Shown piece after piece: positions 8,973 through 19,177 of a DNA stretch of 64,000 nt. Origin of the DNA: a virus; IMG/VR virus record IMGVR_UViG_3300025652_000047, positions 1 to 64,000 of that record; one strand, written 5' to 3'. The notes beneath the pieces are model-generated. The model saw only the letters and a list, made by a program, of their open reading frames with translations, made no database searches and was not told the DNA's origin. How positions within the stretch are numbered: the stretch's first letter is position 1; every line of letters begins with the position of its first letter. A program made the translations under genes and the position numbers.

Positions 8973-9454
8973 AATTTGTTTAATGTTTTATAATAGTCAG
9001 TTTCTTTAAGTTTTAGAAATTGATCATATTTTTGTGTAATATAAATTTTACCTACTATTCGAGTAGAATTCTGATCTCTAGAGATACAAGTGTTAAGTGG
9101 TGTATTAAACTCTTTGATATAGAATAAGTCTCCATAGAAACTTGCCATAGTCTCAAACTCTTCTAAAGAAGCTTTTTTTAAGTTAATATTGTCTACTATA
9201 ACATCTATACCTCTCATATTTAACAAAGATACTAATTTATTAACAGAATACCAAATTATTTGCTCATTTTCTTTTAATTTTTTATGATTCCAATATTCTC
9301 GTATTCTAGCTGGATTGTAAGCAAATAACATTTCCCTTAATCTATCAGCATTTACTCTGACAGTATTAGGGTTTTCCCTGATATACTGTTGGCTCCAAGT
9401 AGATTTCCCTGATCTTGGAGGTCCAACAGTAAGAATAATTTTATTCTTCTTCAT
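8969..9454 (-). CDS. Polynucleotide kinase-like P-loop kinase (AAA_33)
   Basis: GPPRSGKSTW, RVN.D.LR, VIVDN.NL, C..R...R. Confidence 0.85.
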   Translation of the reverse strand: MKKNKIILTVGPPRSGKSTWSQQYIRENPNTVRVNADRLREMLFAYNPARIREYWNHKKLKENEQIIWYSVNKLVSLLNMRGIDVIVDNINLKKASLEEFETMASFYGDLFYIKEFNTPLNTCISRDQNSTRIVGKIYITQKYDQFLKLKETDYYKTLNKL

Positions 9455-9662
9455 CTTTTATTTCATCTGTTGTATTTAATGCTAATTGTAATCGTTTCTT
9501 AAGCCTACGAATTTGTCCATTTCTAGACTCTATCTCACCTTGTTGTTTATCAATAATCCCAGCAGCTAAGTATAAATCTCTAGTTAGGTTTATATTATCT
9601 ACTTTTAAAGTATTGAAAGTTTCTGTTACTCTACCTGTTTTTTTAGTTTTTGTTTTAGCCAT
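9441..9662 (-). CDS. Hypothetical coiled-coil protein
   Basis: ORF in operon. Confidence 0.55.
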   Translation of the reverse strand: MAKTKTKKTGRVTETFNTLKVDNINLTRDLYLAAGIIDKQQGEIESRNGQIRRLKKRLQLALNTTDEIKDEEE

Positions 9663-9999
9663 CTTGTTTGTTATACCAGTTAATAAATTCTATTACTAAG
9701 GAATATACCTCTTCTATGATTGTACAGGAGCCAGGAAAGTTACCATATAAAGTTAAATCTTTAGTTACTTCTTGATAAAAAAGACATCTATGACCTGTTA
9801 TACACCAAATTTTCTCTACTACAGGCATTAACCAATTCCAATCTTCATCGAATAGTAGTTCGTCAAAACAGTTGCCGTCTTGTTTATCATAGACCATCTG
9901 TGACATCCTCATCTCATTGTCGTACCATCCAATGTTCTTTTCTTTAGTGAATCCCATAAATTCAGCTATACGTTTATTACTTTCTACTACATTATCCAT
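9655..9999 (-). CDS. Conserved Bacteroidota-phage protein
   Basis: N..IAEFMG ... DWNWLMPVVEKI ... FI.WYN. Confidence 0.65.
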   Translation of the reverse strand: MDNVVESNKRIAEFMGFTKEKNIGWYDNEMRMSQMVYDKQDGNCFDELLFDEDWNWLMPVVEKIWCITGHRCLFYQEVTKDLTLYGNFPGSCTIIEEVYSLVIEFINWYNKQDG

Positions 10000-10942
10000 C
10001 TAGCTGTTCATTTTTAAAAAAGAAAGACTTTGCTTTAGTCCATTCTCTCCAGTTATAATGAGGTCTTCTTTTATCAGAATTAAATAACCAATTCCAATAC
10101 CTACCCCATCTTTTAGCAGTAGTAGGGCATGAATTTAAAGTAGGAGCTGTATTAACTTCTAATACATATGCTTTATCATCCTTGAACATTACATCTACAC
10201 CTCCACAATCAAGCCCTAGAGCCTCTACAGCGTGTACTGATTGCTTTAATACATCTAAGTAAGGTTCTGAATCATTCCATCTTACAACTTCAAATCCAGC
10301 TACATCATCTTCTACATTACCACCTCTATTGGCTGCTATATTCCAAGCTATATTACCATTGTTAGGGTTTTGCTTCTTCATGAGTCTAAGTACTTTACCA
10401 TGCCCTACATGTGTTCTAAATTCTAATTCTTTATCTATGAATCTAGCATAGTAGTACTTTTCAGGATTATAATGTGCATTAAACTCTTGTATACTATTAA
10501 GTATAATAAAGTTTTTACCTTTACTATGTACAAAAGGTCTGCATATAATAGGTAAATGTTTCTTTTTAATGTTATTAGGATTGATACTCTTAGGTACTCT
10601 AACTTCAGACTCATTCATTATAACTCTAGCTAATCCTTTGTCAGTTGCATTCCGTAATCCAGGGATCTTATTATAGACTATAGAACTAGCATTAGTATCT
10701 ATTGGCTCTTGGGAACCCCATCTGAGTACTACATAATCAGAAAAGTCTAGAGTATCGTCTTTTACTTTCTTATAGTTTTCTTTACTTTCTTGACTAAATA
10801 CTCTATAGTATTTTACAAATTTACCATTTCTTTTAGTAAATTGTCTTCTTTGTACTAGATTACCTGTATCACATGATTTAAACGCTTCTTTAGTCGAAGG
10901 TCTTCCATGTTTACCTGTAAGTACTACTTTTACTTTTGTCAT
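9992..10942 (-). CDS. ATP-grasp peptide ligase (RimK/phiEco32-like)
   Basis: P.I.RP..HSKG, EFR.HV, LGLD.GGVD, VLEVNTAP. Confidence 0.9.
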   Translation of the reverse strand: MTKVKVVLTGKHGRPSTKEAFKSCDTGNLVQRRQFTKRNGKFVKYYRVFSQESKENYKKVKDDTLDFSDYVVLRWGSQEPIDTNASSIVYNKIPGLRNATDKGLARVIMNESEVRVPKSINPNNIKKKHLPIICRPFVHSKGKNFIILNSIQEFNAHYNPEKYYYARFIDKELEFRTHVGHGKVLRLMKKQNPNNGNIAWNIAANRGGNVEDDVAGFEVVRWNDSEPYLDVLKQSVHAVEALGLDCGGVDVMFKDDKAYVLEVNTAPTLNSCPTTAKRWGRYWNWLFNSDKRRPHYNWREWTKAKSFFFKNEQLDG

Positions 10943-10949
10943 TTTAATA

Positions 10950-11594
10950 TTATATTAATAAATGATTATTAAAAACCTCTTCTTTAAATATAGGAGGTAA
11001 ATCTAATTCAATGTCTACAGCTATATCTTCTGGATATCCAAATTCTGCTTTTAGTAAATTTCTAAAGCCAGGTCTACCTTTATTATCTTTGTGCAATACA
11101 AGGTTATCCTGGTTTCTACTTTCTATTTTACCTTCTTTAATTATTTTTGGAAACAGCAAGTTTATATCTTCTACATTAGGATATAACTGACTATACTTAC
11201 CTTGTAAAAAATTTAGTTTCATATCTTCATATGGTAATTCTACCACTATCATATGGTAATTTTTATCGTAAGTATAATCAGTTACAAATCCTTTCTTTTG
11301 TTTAATCATAGCTAATCCTGCAGTAAACTTATTAGTGTAATGTTCCTTACTAGCATATTTATTTTTATGGTAAGGTCCAAATACATCTACAAGTATATAA
11401 AAGGTATTATCTAAGATTGATTTCTCATTAAATTCTAAATCTCCAACTCCAGTTGCAAGTATTGTAAACCTATTTAGTATATAAGCGTAAATACTTTTGT
11501 TAGTTAATTGTATACTGGGGTATAGGTATTTAAGACTTTTATTCTGAAATCTCTGTCCTGGTTGAATCTTTATCTGGTTGTTCTTGCTCCACAT
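10950..11594 (-). CDS. Conserved crAss-like hypothetical protein
   Basis: N.S..YL.P ... F..GKYS.LY ... ELD.PP...EE.F. Confidence 0.55.
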   Translation of the reverse strand: MWSKNNQIKIQPGQRFQNKSLKYLYPSIQLTNKSIYAYILNRFTILATGVGDLEFNEKSILDNTFYILVDVFGPYHKNKYASKEHYTNKFTAGLAMIKQKKGFVTDYTYDKNYHMIVVELPYEDMKLNFLQGKYSQLYPNVEDINLLFPKIIKEGKIESRNQDNLVLHKDNKGRPGFRNLLKAEFGYPEDIAVDIELDLPPIFKEEVFNNHLLI

Positions 11595-12042
11595 ACGTTG
11601 TTTTTGCAGTAACTACCTCTTTCATTAAGGCTTTCCAGTCTTTAAATGTCATAGTAATAAGATGTTCTTCTGGCTTATTACCAAATTTATGCATTAAAAG
11701 TCTAGGAGCCTTAAAGATTGTATGGTCGGAAGGAAAATACTCGCTCAATTTCTCGTGCATTTTTCTAAATTCAACATCAGCTTTAGGTCTTTGTTTAAGA
11801 TACCCTGCTTTACATTGAATTAGAAAATCTAAGTTGTCTGTAATTGGTCCATTAGGTGCAATATCTACACAACAATCATCTAGTAATCTACTACATGCTC
11901 TAGTTGTTTTTGCTTTGGTCCAACCCAAATCCTTGAGTACATTCACGATCATTCTTTCATAACCATGTCCTTTTCTTCTACTCTTCTTTGCTCTAGCAGA
12001 TGCTTCTGCTTTACTCTTTAATTTAATGTTTTCCATGTGCAT
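11539..12042 (-). CDS. PD-(D/E)XK nuclease, Holliday junction resolvase-like
   Basis: RKGH.YER ... VDI ... IQCK. Confidence 0.75.
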   Translation of the reverse strand: MHMENIKLKSKAEASARAKKSRRKGHGYERMIVNVLKDLGWTKAKTTRACSRLLDDCCVDIAPNGPITDNLDFLIQCKAGYLKQRPKADVEFRKMHEKLSEYFPSDHTIFKAPRLLMHKFGNKPEEHLITMTFKDWKALMKEVVTAKTTYVEQEQPDKDSTRTEISE

Positions 12043-13424
12043 TGTACTTCTTTATCTTTTAAAAAAATCTCGTAATAAGGAATCTGAGCTGAATAATAAT
12101 TTGCCATCTCAGTTTTTCTATCACATACATATTTCAACAAGTGACTTTGAAGATCTTCGTTATTTAATTCTTGTAAAATATCTTTAAATGTAATTTTAGT
12201 ATTACTTTTTAAGATTTCTAAACTGTTATTTGTAGCAAATTTAATAAAAGCTATATTCAATAACAGCCAATTTGATACTTTACCGTAATTTAAAGTACCT
12301 TCATGATACCTAAATTCAATAGTTCTACTGTCTGTAAAAAAGTAGTTATTCATATTAATTATAGAATATCTATTCGTATAGTGCCATTTTTGATTACCAT
12401 TCTTAGAGTGAGTTCTATTTTCTGGATTACTTCTTTCAGTTGGAGGTACTCCATCATTCCAAAAAGTCCAAATATCAGTAAAAGCTTTATTTAAACTTTC
12501 TTGATTAATAGATCCATCTTCTAATATATAATTTCTACCATAAGCTAAATTTAACTCAGGTAGTAATTTACAGTAATCTTTTGCGTCTCTACCTCTTCTA
12601 GTTAATGCAGATAACATTTTTTTAAATGGAGGAAACATAGCGTTAATTTCATTTTGAAATCTATACATCAATAAGTAGAAAGATACTGCAAACTCTTTTG
12701 TTCTAGGTAAATTTCCAATATGAATATGAGTACTAGTTTTCTCATCTACACTACACTGTCTAGATAAGTAATAACATTGTTCTTTTAGAGAAGATAATTC
12801 TCCACTCATAGGTACTGTTATATACTCATAACCACCTATACTTCCATCTTTTACAGGTACTAGATAAGTATCTTTCATCATATTTGGATGTAATGCACCT
12901 TCACTAGTTTCAAACTCAACTCCGTAAGTATAATCAAATACTTCATTTACTTTTGATAAATGCTTAGACTCTTGTATATACTTAGCCCATGCTATATCAA
13001 ATTGTGCATTGTTATCAGCACCATATAATCTAGTATTAAACTCTCCATAGTTTTCAACTGTTGCAGTTGGACTTGCATGAAAGATATCAGTTCCTGCTCT
13101 ATAGTAGTATTTTGGAAATTCTCTATAATCTTTAATATAAAATCCATCTATAGTTTTTACAGTATACTTATCTTTTCTAAAATACTCAAGTTCTCCATTA
13201 GGTTTTATTAGCCCTTTAACAATAGCATCAGTTAATCTACAATAAAGTTGCCTTTTCTTATTATAGTAACAATCAGTACTTTTATACCAGTATAAAGATC
13301 CTACTTTATAAGCTTCTCCACTATCTAATTTATTTCTCTTACCTTTAATGTACCACTCATTATCTATGAGGGTACATTTGTCTTTTAAAGTTTCATATCC
13401 ACTCTTCGTAATTACTGTTAGCAT
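12018..13424 (-). CDS. Amidoligase (COOH-NH2 ligase, Amidoligase_2 type)
   Basis: YGVEFET, DGSI.GYEY.T, STHIHIG, TIEFR.HEGT. Confidence 0.88.
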   Translation of the reverse strand: MLTVITKSGYETLKDKCTLIDNEWYIKGKRNKLDSGEAYKVGSLYWYKSTDCYYNKKRQLYCRLTDAIVKGLIKPNGELEYFRKDKYTVKTIDGFYIKDYREFPKYYYRAGTDIFHASPTATVENYGEFNTRLYGADNNAQFDIAWAKYIQESKHLSKVNEVFDYTYGVEFETSEGALHPNMMKDTYLVPVKDGSIGGYEYITVPMSGELSSLKEQCYYLSRQCSVDEKTSTHIHIGNLPRTKEFAVSFYLLMYRFQNEINAMFPPFKKMLSALTRRGRDAKDYCKLLPELNLAYGRNYILEDGSINQESLNKAFTDIWTFWNDGVPPTERSNPENRTHSKNGNQKWHYTNRYSIINMNNYFFTDSRTIEFRYHEGTLNYGKVSNWLLLNIAFIKFATNNSLEILKSNTKITFKDILQELNNEDLQSHLLKYVCDRKTEMANYYSAQIPYYEIFLKDKEVQCTWKTLN

Positions 13425-14694
13425 ATTCTTTATATTTTTCTAATGTTTCAAATATTACAGTCCCTTCTGGGTCTAAATCTTCTTTGTCAAATTCAAATAG
13501 TATAGAATCCATAGTTTTATGTAATTCTTCTATTTGGTCCATAAAATCTTGTGGCGAATAATATGCCATTTTTATGAATTGTCCTTGATCAAAATGGTAA
13601 TAAGTTTCTGATCCTATAGGTTGTATTATGCCATCAGCAAGTTCATCTTGATTAAAAAAGTAAGCATTTACATCTGCATTGTAGTATAACATATGGTGAG
13701 AAATATCCTTACTAAGTTGATCGTACTCTTTATCTATTAATCCTATATTTAAAGCAGTAGTTTCTAACGGATTTTCAGAAGGTTTATTGATAATATCAAC
13801 TAAAATTCCATTTATAAATTTCAATTTACTTTGAAAGTTATTCTCATGCATACTTACAATACTACCATCTTTAAGAAAGTTACCAACTCCAGTGTATAGC
13901 TTATTATCTTTATAATATGCTCCTCCACAGTATAGTACTTTACTACTACTTTTATTTAAAGAATCTAAAGTAGAAAAAGAAAGATTGTAAGGTAAAGCTA
14001 ATGCTTGTCGTTGTACTTTTGCTAATTCTACAAGTGGATAATTTCTATCTATAGGAGTTTCTTTTGTAACAGCAGCTTTATCATTCATTGTTATTAAAGA
14101 ATTACATAAAAAATGACTAACTACATTACCCTCAGCTATAACTTCTAAATCTCTTTCTAAAGTAGAAAAATACATAGTAGTACCTATATAACAAAAATGT
14201 AAAGGTCTTTCTACTTCTCCACCACTTTTACCAATCCAAAAAGTTGTAGAAGTTTTGTGCCTATATACAAAAGTTGCTCCACCAGTATAATATTGTAGAA
14301 ATTCAGTATTACCTTCTTTCATTAACTTTAATAGGTAACTAGTATCATTACTTCCAAGGTCACCAGATATACCAGTAATTTCTTCTAAAGCAAATTGGTT
14401 TTTAATAGTACCATTTAATACAAATACATGGTCACCATCTACTAGAGGCTGTGCATTTTTAACAGTATTAGCACCACTAGACCCTTTTCTAGTATGTCCT
14501 AATACAAACTTATTAGCTTTCTTAGGATACTCAGATTCTAAAGTAAGAGAATAAAAATCTCCAAGAGATTTTGTACATTTTTTATTAGTATAAATACCAG
14601 CAGAGTCTCCACCTCTTTCGTTATTTAATACACCAAGTATTTTAATCTTATTTAAATCTATGTTTGAGCCTATAGCTCCAAAAATTCCACACAT
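13393..14694 (-). CDS. Class II (Ntn) glutamine amidotransferase
   Basis: N-terminal MCGIFG, ERG.DSAG, GHTRK.S.G, NG.I.N, NDT. Confidence 0.9.
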   Translation of the reverse strand: MCGIFGAIGSNIDLNKIKILGVLNNERGGDSAGIYTNKKCTKSLGDFYSLTLESEYPKKANKFVLGHTRKGSSGANTVKNAQPLVDGDHVFVLNGTIKNQFALEEITGISGDLGSNDTSYLLKLMKEGNTEFLQYYTGGATFVYRHKTSTTFWIGKSGGEVERPLHFCYIGTTMYFSTLERDLEVIAEGNVVSHFLCNSLITMNDKAAVTKETPIDRNYPLVELAKVQRQALALPYNLSFSTLDSLNKSSSKVLYCGGAYYKDNKLYTGVGNFLKDGSIVSMHENNFQSKLKFINGILVDIINKPSENPLETTALNIGLIDKEYDQLSKDISHHMLYYNADVNAYFFNQDELADGIIQPIGSETYYHFDQGQFIKMAYYSPQDFMDQIEELHKTMDSILFEFDKEDLDPEGTVIFETLEKYKEYANSNYEEWI

Positions 14695-15050
14695 TATAAA
14701 TTTTGTTTTTTAGTTATAAAATCAACCCAATCTCCATTTTTAATTAGATTATTTGGATTGGTAAATCCCATATATGGATACAATTTACCTTGTACTCCAT
14801 CTATAGTAATATCTACTTCTGCATATCCTGCTCCTATTTCCATTCTATGGATCCCTTCGTAGTCTTCTTGGCTTACTTCTATTAAGTCAACTACTAAGCT
14901 TCTACTACCTTGTAAAATGCCTGGGTAAGATCCTAAAGAATATAAATCATAACCATGTACAACATGGCTACTTATGTGATTTAAAGATTTAATATGGTTT
15001 GCATTATACATCCCTGGTCTTAAGCTTCCGTATACAAATATGTTTTGCAT
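14694..15050 (-). CDS. Gamma-glutamylcyclotransferase (AIG2-like)
   Basis: IFVYGSLRPG..N, LG.YPG, ME...GY, I..GDW. Confidence 0.9.
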   Translation of the reverse strand: MQNIFVYGSLRPGMYNANHIKSLNHISSHVVHGYDLYSLGSYPGILQGSRSLVVDLIEVSQEDYEGIHRMEIGAGYAEVDITIDGVQGKLYPYMGFTNPNNLIKNGDWVDFITKKQNL

Positions 15051-15877
15051 GATTCTTCTTTTAAATAATTAATATTATTTTCGTCACAATATAGTCTAGC
15101 TGCTTCTACATCATAGTTGTTAATGATATCTTCTATAGGAGAGTATTCATTTATATCTTCCCTAATATACATAACATCTTTATTTAAGTCTTCACCTAAT
15201 TCAAGTTGTTGTATACAAGTTTCTATACCTTCCCATACCCATTCAATTAACTTAGCACTAGATAAGAAATAAGCTCCTAAAGATCTACATTCAATACCGT
15301 AATCTTTAAATCTTATTTCTCCTGCTCTGCCGTATAATTCTCTACGACCTCTTTCTGGATCTAATAAAATAGAAGGTAAGGTAATGTATTTATCAAACAA
15401 CTTAGCTAATCTTTCTTGTGTACCTATGTCTGTATTTTCATCTTTATCAGCAATACTTTCATGTCCAAAGTGAATATGAAATCCTGCAGATCTTAAATTA
15501 GGGTTTGTAGATTGTACAGGTGTACTCATACCTCGTTTGTATACATTCATACTGCTTTCACACCCAAATAAGGTAGCTTCAGCAGTATTTAACTCTTCAT
15601 CTGGGTATATTAACATTGAATTAAAACTATACTCATACTCAGGTATCATTTCAGCTACAGTAGTTAATCCATATTCAATATAACTAATGAATTCTTCAAA
15701 ATTATTTACTGGAGGTTGTGTAATTTCAACATTTACATTGTCTTCTTGTCTTGCACATCCATTACCAATACTTAAAGGCTCATCTTTAGTGCCTCCTATT
15801 TTACCTACTATAGATACAGGTATACCATTTTTTGCTATAGGAATTTCATAATCAGTCCCAATTTTCCAATCTTTCAT
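15020..15877 (-). CDS. phiEco32-like COOH-NH2 ligase type 2
   Basis: IG.D.E, GGTK..P, QEDNV..E, FGC, RSAG.HIH.G, RRELYG.AG..R...YG.E.R.L. Confidence 0.9.
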   Translation of the reverse strand: MKDWKIGTDYEIPIAKNGIPVSIVGKIGGTKDEPLSIGNGCARQEDNVNVEITQPPVNNFEEFISYIEYGLTTVAEMIPEYEYSFNSMLIYPDEELNTAEATLFGCESSMNVYKRGMSTPVQSTNPNLRSAGFHIHFGHESIADKDENTDIGTQERLAKLFDKYITLPSILLDPERGRRELYGRAGEIRFKDYGIECRSLGAYFLSSAKLIEWVWEGIETCIQQLELGEDLNKDVMYIREDINEYSPIEDIINNYDVEAARLYCDENNINYLKEESCKTYLYTEA

Positions 15878-16556
15878 CTAATGTTGTTTTTATTAAATAA
15901 TCAAATAATTTTGTATTTTCTAACTCTTCCATATGACCTTGGAATCCAAATATATTCTTACCTTTTACTCTGAATAATTCTAAATTGCTTTGCTCTTTTG
16001 AATATGCAATAGGACTAATCTCACTAGGTAAGGTTTTTAAATTTACAGTCTGATGGTGTAATGAATTAACTCCTGAAGTATATCCAGGAATAAATTGTAA
16101 ATAATTATACTTTTGGGTTAACTTTAAGTTCTCAACTATTTTACCTCTGTTCCCTTTGTTATTGTGTTGAGTAAAAAAAGAACCCTGAGTACTAGATGGA
16201 AGTTCTACATGTTGATTTAATGTGCCTCCATAATGTACATATAAGTCTTGAAATCCACGGCAAACTCCTATTATTGGAATATTAGCCTCAATATAATCTG
16301 GAAGAATATATTGTGAGAAATAATCATATTCTACATTAGGTGCTCCACTACCAATTCTATATTCTCCATATCTAAGAGGATTAATATCTGCACCCCCAGT
16401 AAGAACTATTGCATCTAAACTTTTATTAACTCCTTCATATGGAGCTATTGATTGTAAAGATCCAAACTTACTAAAGTATGTAAGATATGCTTGATTAACT
16501 TCGTAAGCTCCTTTATTAGTTTTATTTGGATATAGTATTCCTATTTTGTAATGCAT
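15852..16556 (-). CDS. Peptidase C26 / class I glutamine amidotransferase (PuuD-like)
   Basis: LTGGADI.P..YG, GVCRG.Q, VNSLHHQ, QGH.E. Confidence 0.88.
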   Translation of the reverse strand: MHYKIGILYPNKTNKGAYEVNQAYLTYFSKFGSLQSIAPYEGVNKSLDAIVLTGGADINPLRYGEYRIGSGAPNVEYDYFSQYILPDYIEANIPIIGVCRGFQDLYVHYGGTLNQHVELPSSTQGSFFTQHNNKGNRGKIVENLKLTQKYNYLQFIPGYTSGVNSLHHQTVNLKTLPSEISPIAYSKEQSNLELFRVKGKNIFGFQGHMEELENTKLFDYLIKTTLDERLENWD

Positions 16557-16879
16557 TTCATTTCATTTATGTTAGTAAAATAATTATGCAATTTAAGAAT
16601 TGCTAATCTAGCATCTTCAATGCTTAAATTAAAAGTATCATTATCTTTTAAGTTTAACTCATCTATATTTACAGGGAGTTGTAACTCAAAATCTTTATTA
16701 TCTTGTATTTTAGAATATAGATTACCATCTGTATCACATTTTTCAATAGATATAGTATGTCCATCACGTCTATTTATTGATAAAGTCCAACCGTCTCCTG
16801 CTTGATTAAACCCTGCGGTAGATCCTCCTAAATTAGATATAGGGTAAAAATTATCTTTCATTTTTATATAATATATCAT
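16541..16879 (-). CDS. Hypothetical protein
   Basis: ORF in operon. Confidence 0.55.
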   Translation of the reverse strand: MIYYIKMKDNFYPISNLGGSTAGFNQAGDGWTLSINRRDGHTISIEKCDTDGNLYSKIQDNKDFELQLPVNIDELNLKDNDTFNLSIEDARLAILKLHNYFTNINEMKCITK

Positions 16880-17798
16880 TTGTGAATTTTTTTAAAGTTT
16901 TAAAATCTTTTGTTATTAAATCTGCAGTATCATTACCTTTAGGTAAAAATAGTTGTTCTGCATTTAGCGTTCTAGCTAATAATCCTCCTTGAGTAATACC
17001 TGTTTTATCATTATCATATAGAACATATTTATTCTTATATTTATTAATATCTAACCCTAAATCTCCATACTCTTGTTGTTTACCAATAGCTTGTACATTA
17101 AATACTTTCCATAGTATTAATGCATCTAATTTGCTTTTGGTAATTAATATATGAGAATCATTAAATTCTTCAAGATAACAACTGTTGAAAATTTCATATT
17201 TACAATTACTCCACCATTTAAATTCTTGATTTCTAAAATACAATTTAGTATTTCCTGTTGGAAATGTAAAAGCTAAGGTTGGTATTTTGTTTGGATCGTG
17301 AAACCTATTCTTAAGTATTACAGGATCTTTCTTTGTATTTGTCCAATAAGCTTTTACTAGGTGTATTTCTGAATCAGAATTTAATATTTCTGGAGTTAAA
17401 TGTAATTCAGATAATATATTATTATCATCTGTAAAGGGTATAGTTTTGGTAAAAATAGTAATATTCTGTTCTACTGAAGGTTTATAATCAATAAGAGAAG
17501 GTGTAAAAGTATTAACCACAGTATCTATTAGTTCTTGTGTAGTACTTAAACCTTCTCTTATTTTGATTATATCAAATGCAGTAAATGCAAGTTTATTATT
17601 ATAAGTAGCATTATCTATAAAAAATAATACTCCGTTATGATAATTAAACCTGCATCCTGCATTAGTATCATGAGTCCTTAATAAACTGGTATATCTTTTA
17701 GTTAGGCTAGGATATCCTCCTATATACTGACTAAATATATCTTCTTGATATTTTCTAAGCAGGTAAGCTAAGTCTAGAGATATTCCATTGATCATCAT
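16851..17798 (-). CDS. DNA primase (TOPRIM, crAss-like)
   Basis: S.LR..D...C.F, ITKS.LD, YDND.TG, D.AD. Confidence 0.8.
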   Translation of the reverse strand: MMINGISLDLAYLLRKYQEDIFSQYIGGYPSLTKRYTSLLRTHDTNAGCRFNYHNGVLFFIDNATYNNKLAFTAFDIIKIREGLSTTQELIDTVVNTFTPSLIDYKPSVEQNITIFTKTIPFTDDNNILSELHLTPEILNSDSEIHLVKAYWTNTKKDPVILKNRFHDPNKIPTLAFTFPTGNTKLYFRNQEFKWWSNCKYEIFNSCYLEEFNDSHILITKSKLDALILWKVFNVQAIGKQQEYGDLGLDINKYKNKYVLYDNDKTGITQGGLLARTLNAEQLFLPKGNDTADLITKDFKTLKKFTNDILYKNER

Positions 17799-18279
17799 AA
17801 GTTAATAAAGGTTCTATTTTAATGTTTAAACTAACTCCTTCGCCTTTAAAGTATTTATTAAGCGCAGTAGTAGTAATTCCTAAATAAGCTGCTAGAGCTT
17901 TTTTAGTACACATTAAATAAATAGGATCCAATTGTTCACTATTGTAATCTGAAATTATTTCATTTAACTGTTTTTGAATACATTCTTTCATTCCTGGGGC
18001 AGATAAATCTCCTTCTATAAAAGCAGCTTTAAAATCTCCAGGTGATAGACCACATCTGTTAATTATAAATCCTTTAGTTATAGGTAAATATCTATAAGGG
18101 CTAATTTTATTTTTACTTCTAGATCTCATTGACCTTTTTTTAACTACAGGCAATGGTATTAAATTAGGATCTTCTTTTACTACTTCATCTACAGATTTTT
18201 TACCTAATTTATAACTATCATAAAGCATAAATATTACTCCTGCTATAATAAAAACTATAATACAAATTTTAAATATCAT
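17755..18279 (-). CDS. Membrane-anchored protein with C-terminal HTH-like motif
   Basis: N-terminal hydrophobic helix; TKKALAAYLGITTTALNKYF. Confidence 0.5.
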   Translation of the reverse strand: MIFKICIIVFIIAGVIFMLYDSYKLGKKSVDEVVKEDPNLIPLPVVKKRSMRSRSKNKISPYRYLPITKGFIINRCGLSPGDFKAAFIEGDLSAPGMKECIQKQLNEIISDYNSEQLDPIYLMCTKKALAAYLGITTTALNKYFKGEGVSLNIKIEPLLTYDDQWNISRLSLPA

Positions 18280-18300
18280 ATATATATAAGTTTAAAAATA

Positions 18301-18323
18301 AGAAAGAGGGGTTACCCTCTTCC
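18301..18323 (-). terminator. Intrinsic terminator after SSB gene
   Basis: AGAGGG-GTTA-CCCTCT hairpin followed by T-rich tract on the minus strand. Confidence 0.6.
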
Positions 18324-18343
18324 TTATTATGATTAATAATTAA

Positions 18344-19159
18344 TTAAAATGTAATTGGTTTGATTTCTGTTGCATCATCTGCTTGAGCTACAGCAGGACT
18401 TTCCCCTGTAAACTCTTGAAATTCAATACTAGTAGCTAATTTAATAGGATATCCAGCAGCTTCTTGAGTTGCTAACATCTTCTTAAATTGCTTCTTAGCA
18501 TAGTTCATACTAGCCATGTGATAGAAACAGTTGTTTTTAGTAATTATATTCTGATAATTTCTAGTAGCACCTGTATCAGTCATTGTCTCTTTTACTCCAA
18601 AAGGTACAATCATAGTCATAGCATTATCATTAAATATCTTAACTAGAGAATCTAGACTAACTACATTTCCATTATAAATATTAGCTGGATTATATCCTAC
18701 TTTATTTACTAGTTCATCTAAGAATAAAGTATCTTTATCTATACCTAATCCTTGTTTGAAAAAAGATACTAATGATTCTTCACCTATAAAAGCTGGTCTT
18801 GAGATTTCCCCAAACCAAGCCATATTAGGATTAGAAGTAATAGCTGCTTCATCTACTCCCCAAGAGAAGTTACCTTTAGTACTAACAAATTGAGTTTTAC
18901 CAGTACTAGATAACTGGGGAGTATTGCCCAATAAGAAATCTATTACTTGGTATCCTGCACTCTCATTATGTACTAGTATGCGTACTGGTTTTAAATTATT
19001 ATCACCTATCGCATTGTAGGTCATATTTCTAGGATATCCTGTGATAGCCTCAAATTCTTCTGAAGTAGGGTTTACCTTTTTCAGGGTTACTTGTCCTAAT
19101 CCCGTGTATTGAGAAAAGGTAGTAGTTGGTTCTTTACTTGTGTTAATTCCTTGAATCAT
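18344..19159 (-). CDS. Probable single-stranded DNA-binding protein (crAss-like)
   Basis: YTG......VNP, S.TGK.QF...G...W, RPA..GEE.L..F, acidic C-tail; next to the AAA_24 ATPase. Confidence 0.6.
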   Translation of the reverse strand: MIQGINTSKEPTTTFSQYTGLGQVTLKKVNPTSEEFEAITGYPRNMTYNAIGDNNLKPVRILVHNESAGYQVIDFLLGNTPQLSSTGKTQFVSTKGNFSWGVDEAAITSNPNMAWFGEISRPAFIGEESLVSFFKQGLGIDKDTLFLDELVNKVGYNPANIYNGNVVSLDSLVKIFNDNAMTMIVPFGVKETMTDTGATRNYQNIITKNNCFYHMASMNYAKKQFKKMLATQEAAGYPIKLATSIEFQEFTGESPAVAQADDATEIKPITF

Positions 19160-19177
19160 AGTTTGTGTTTAGTTTGT

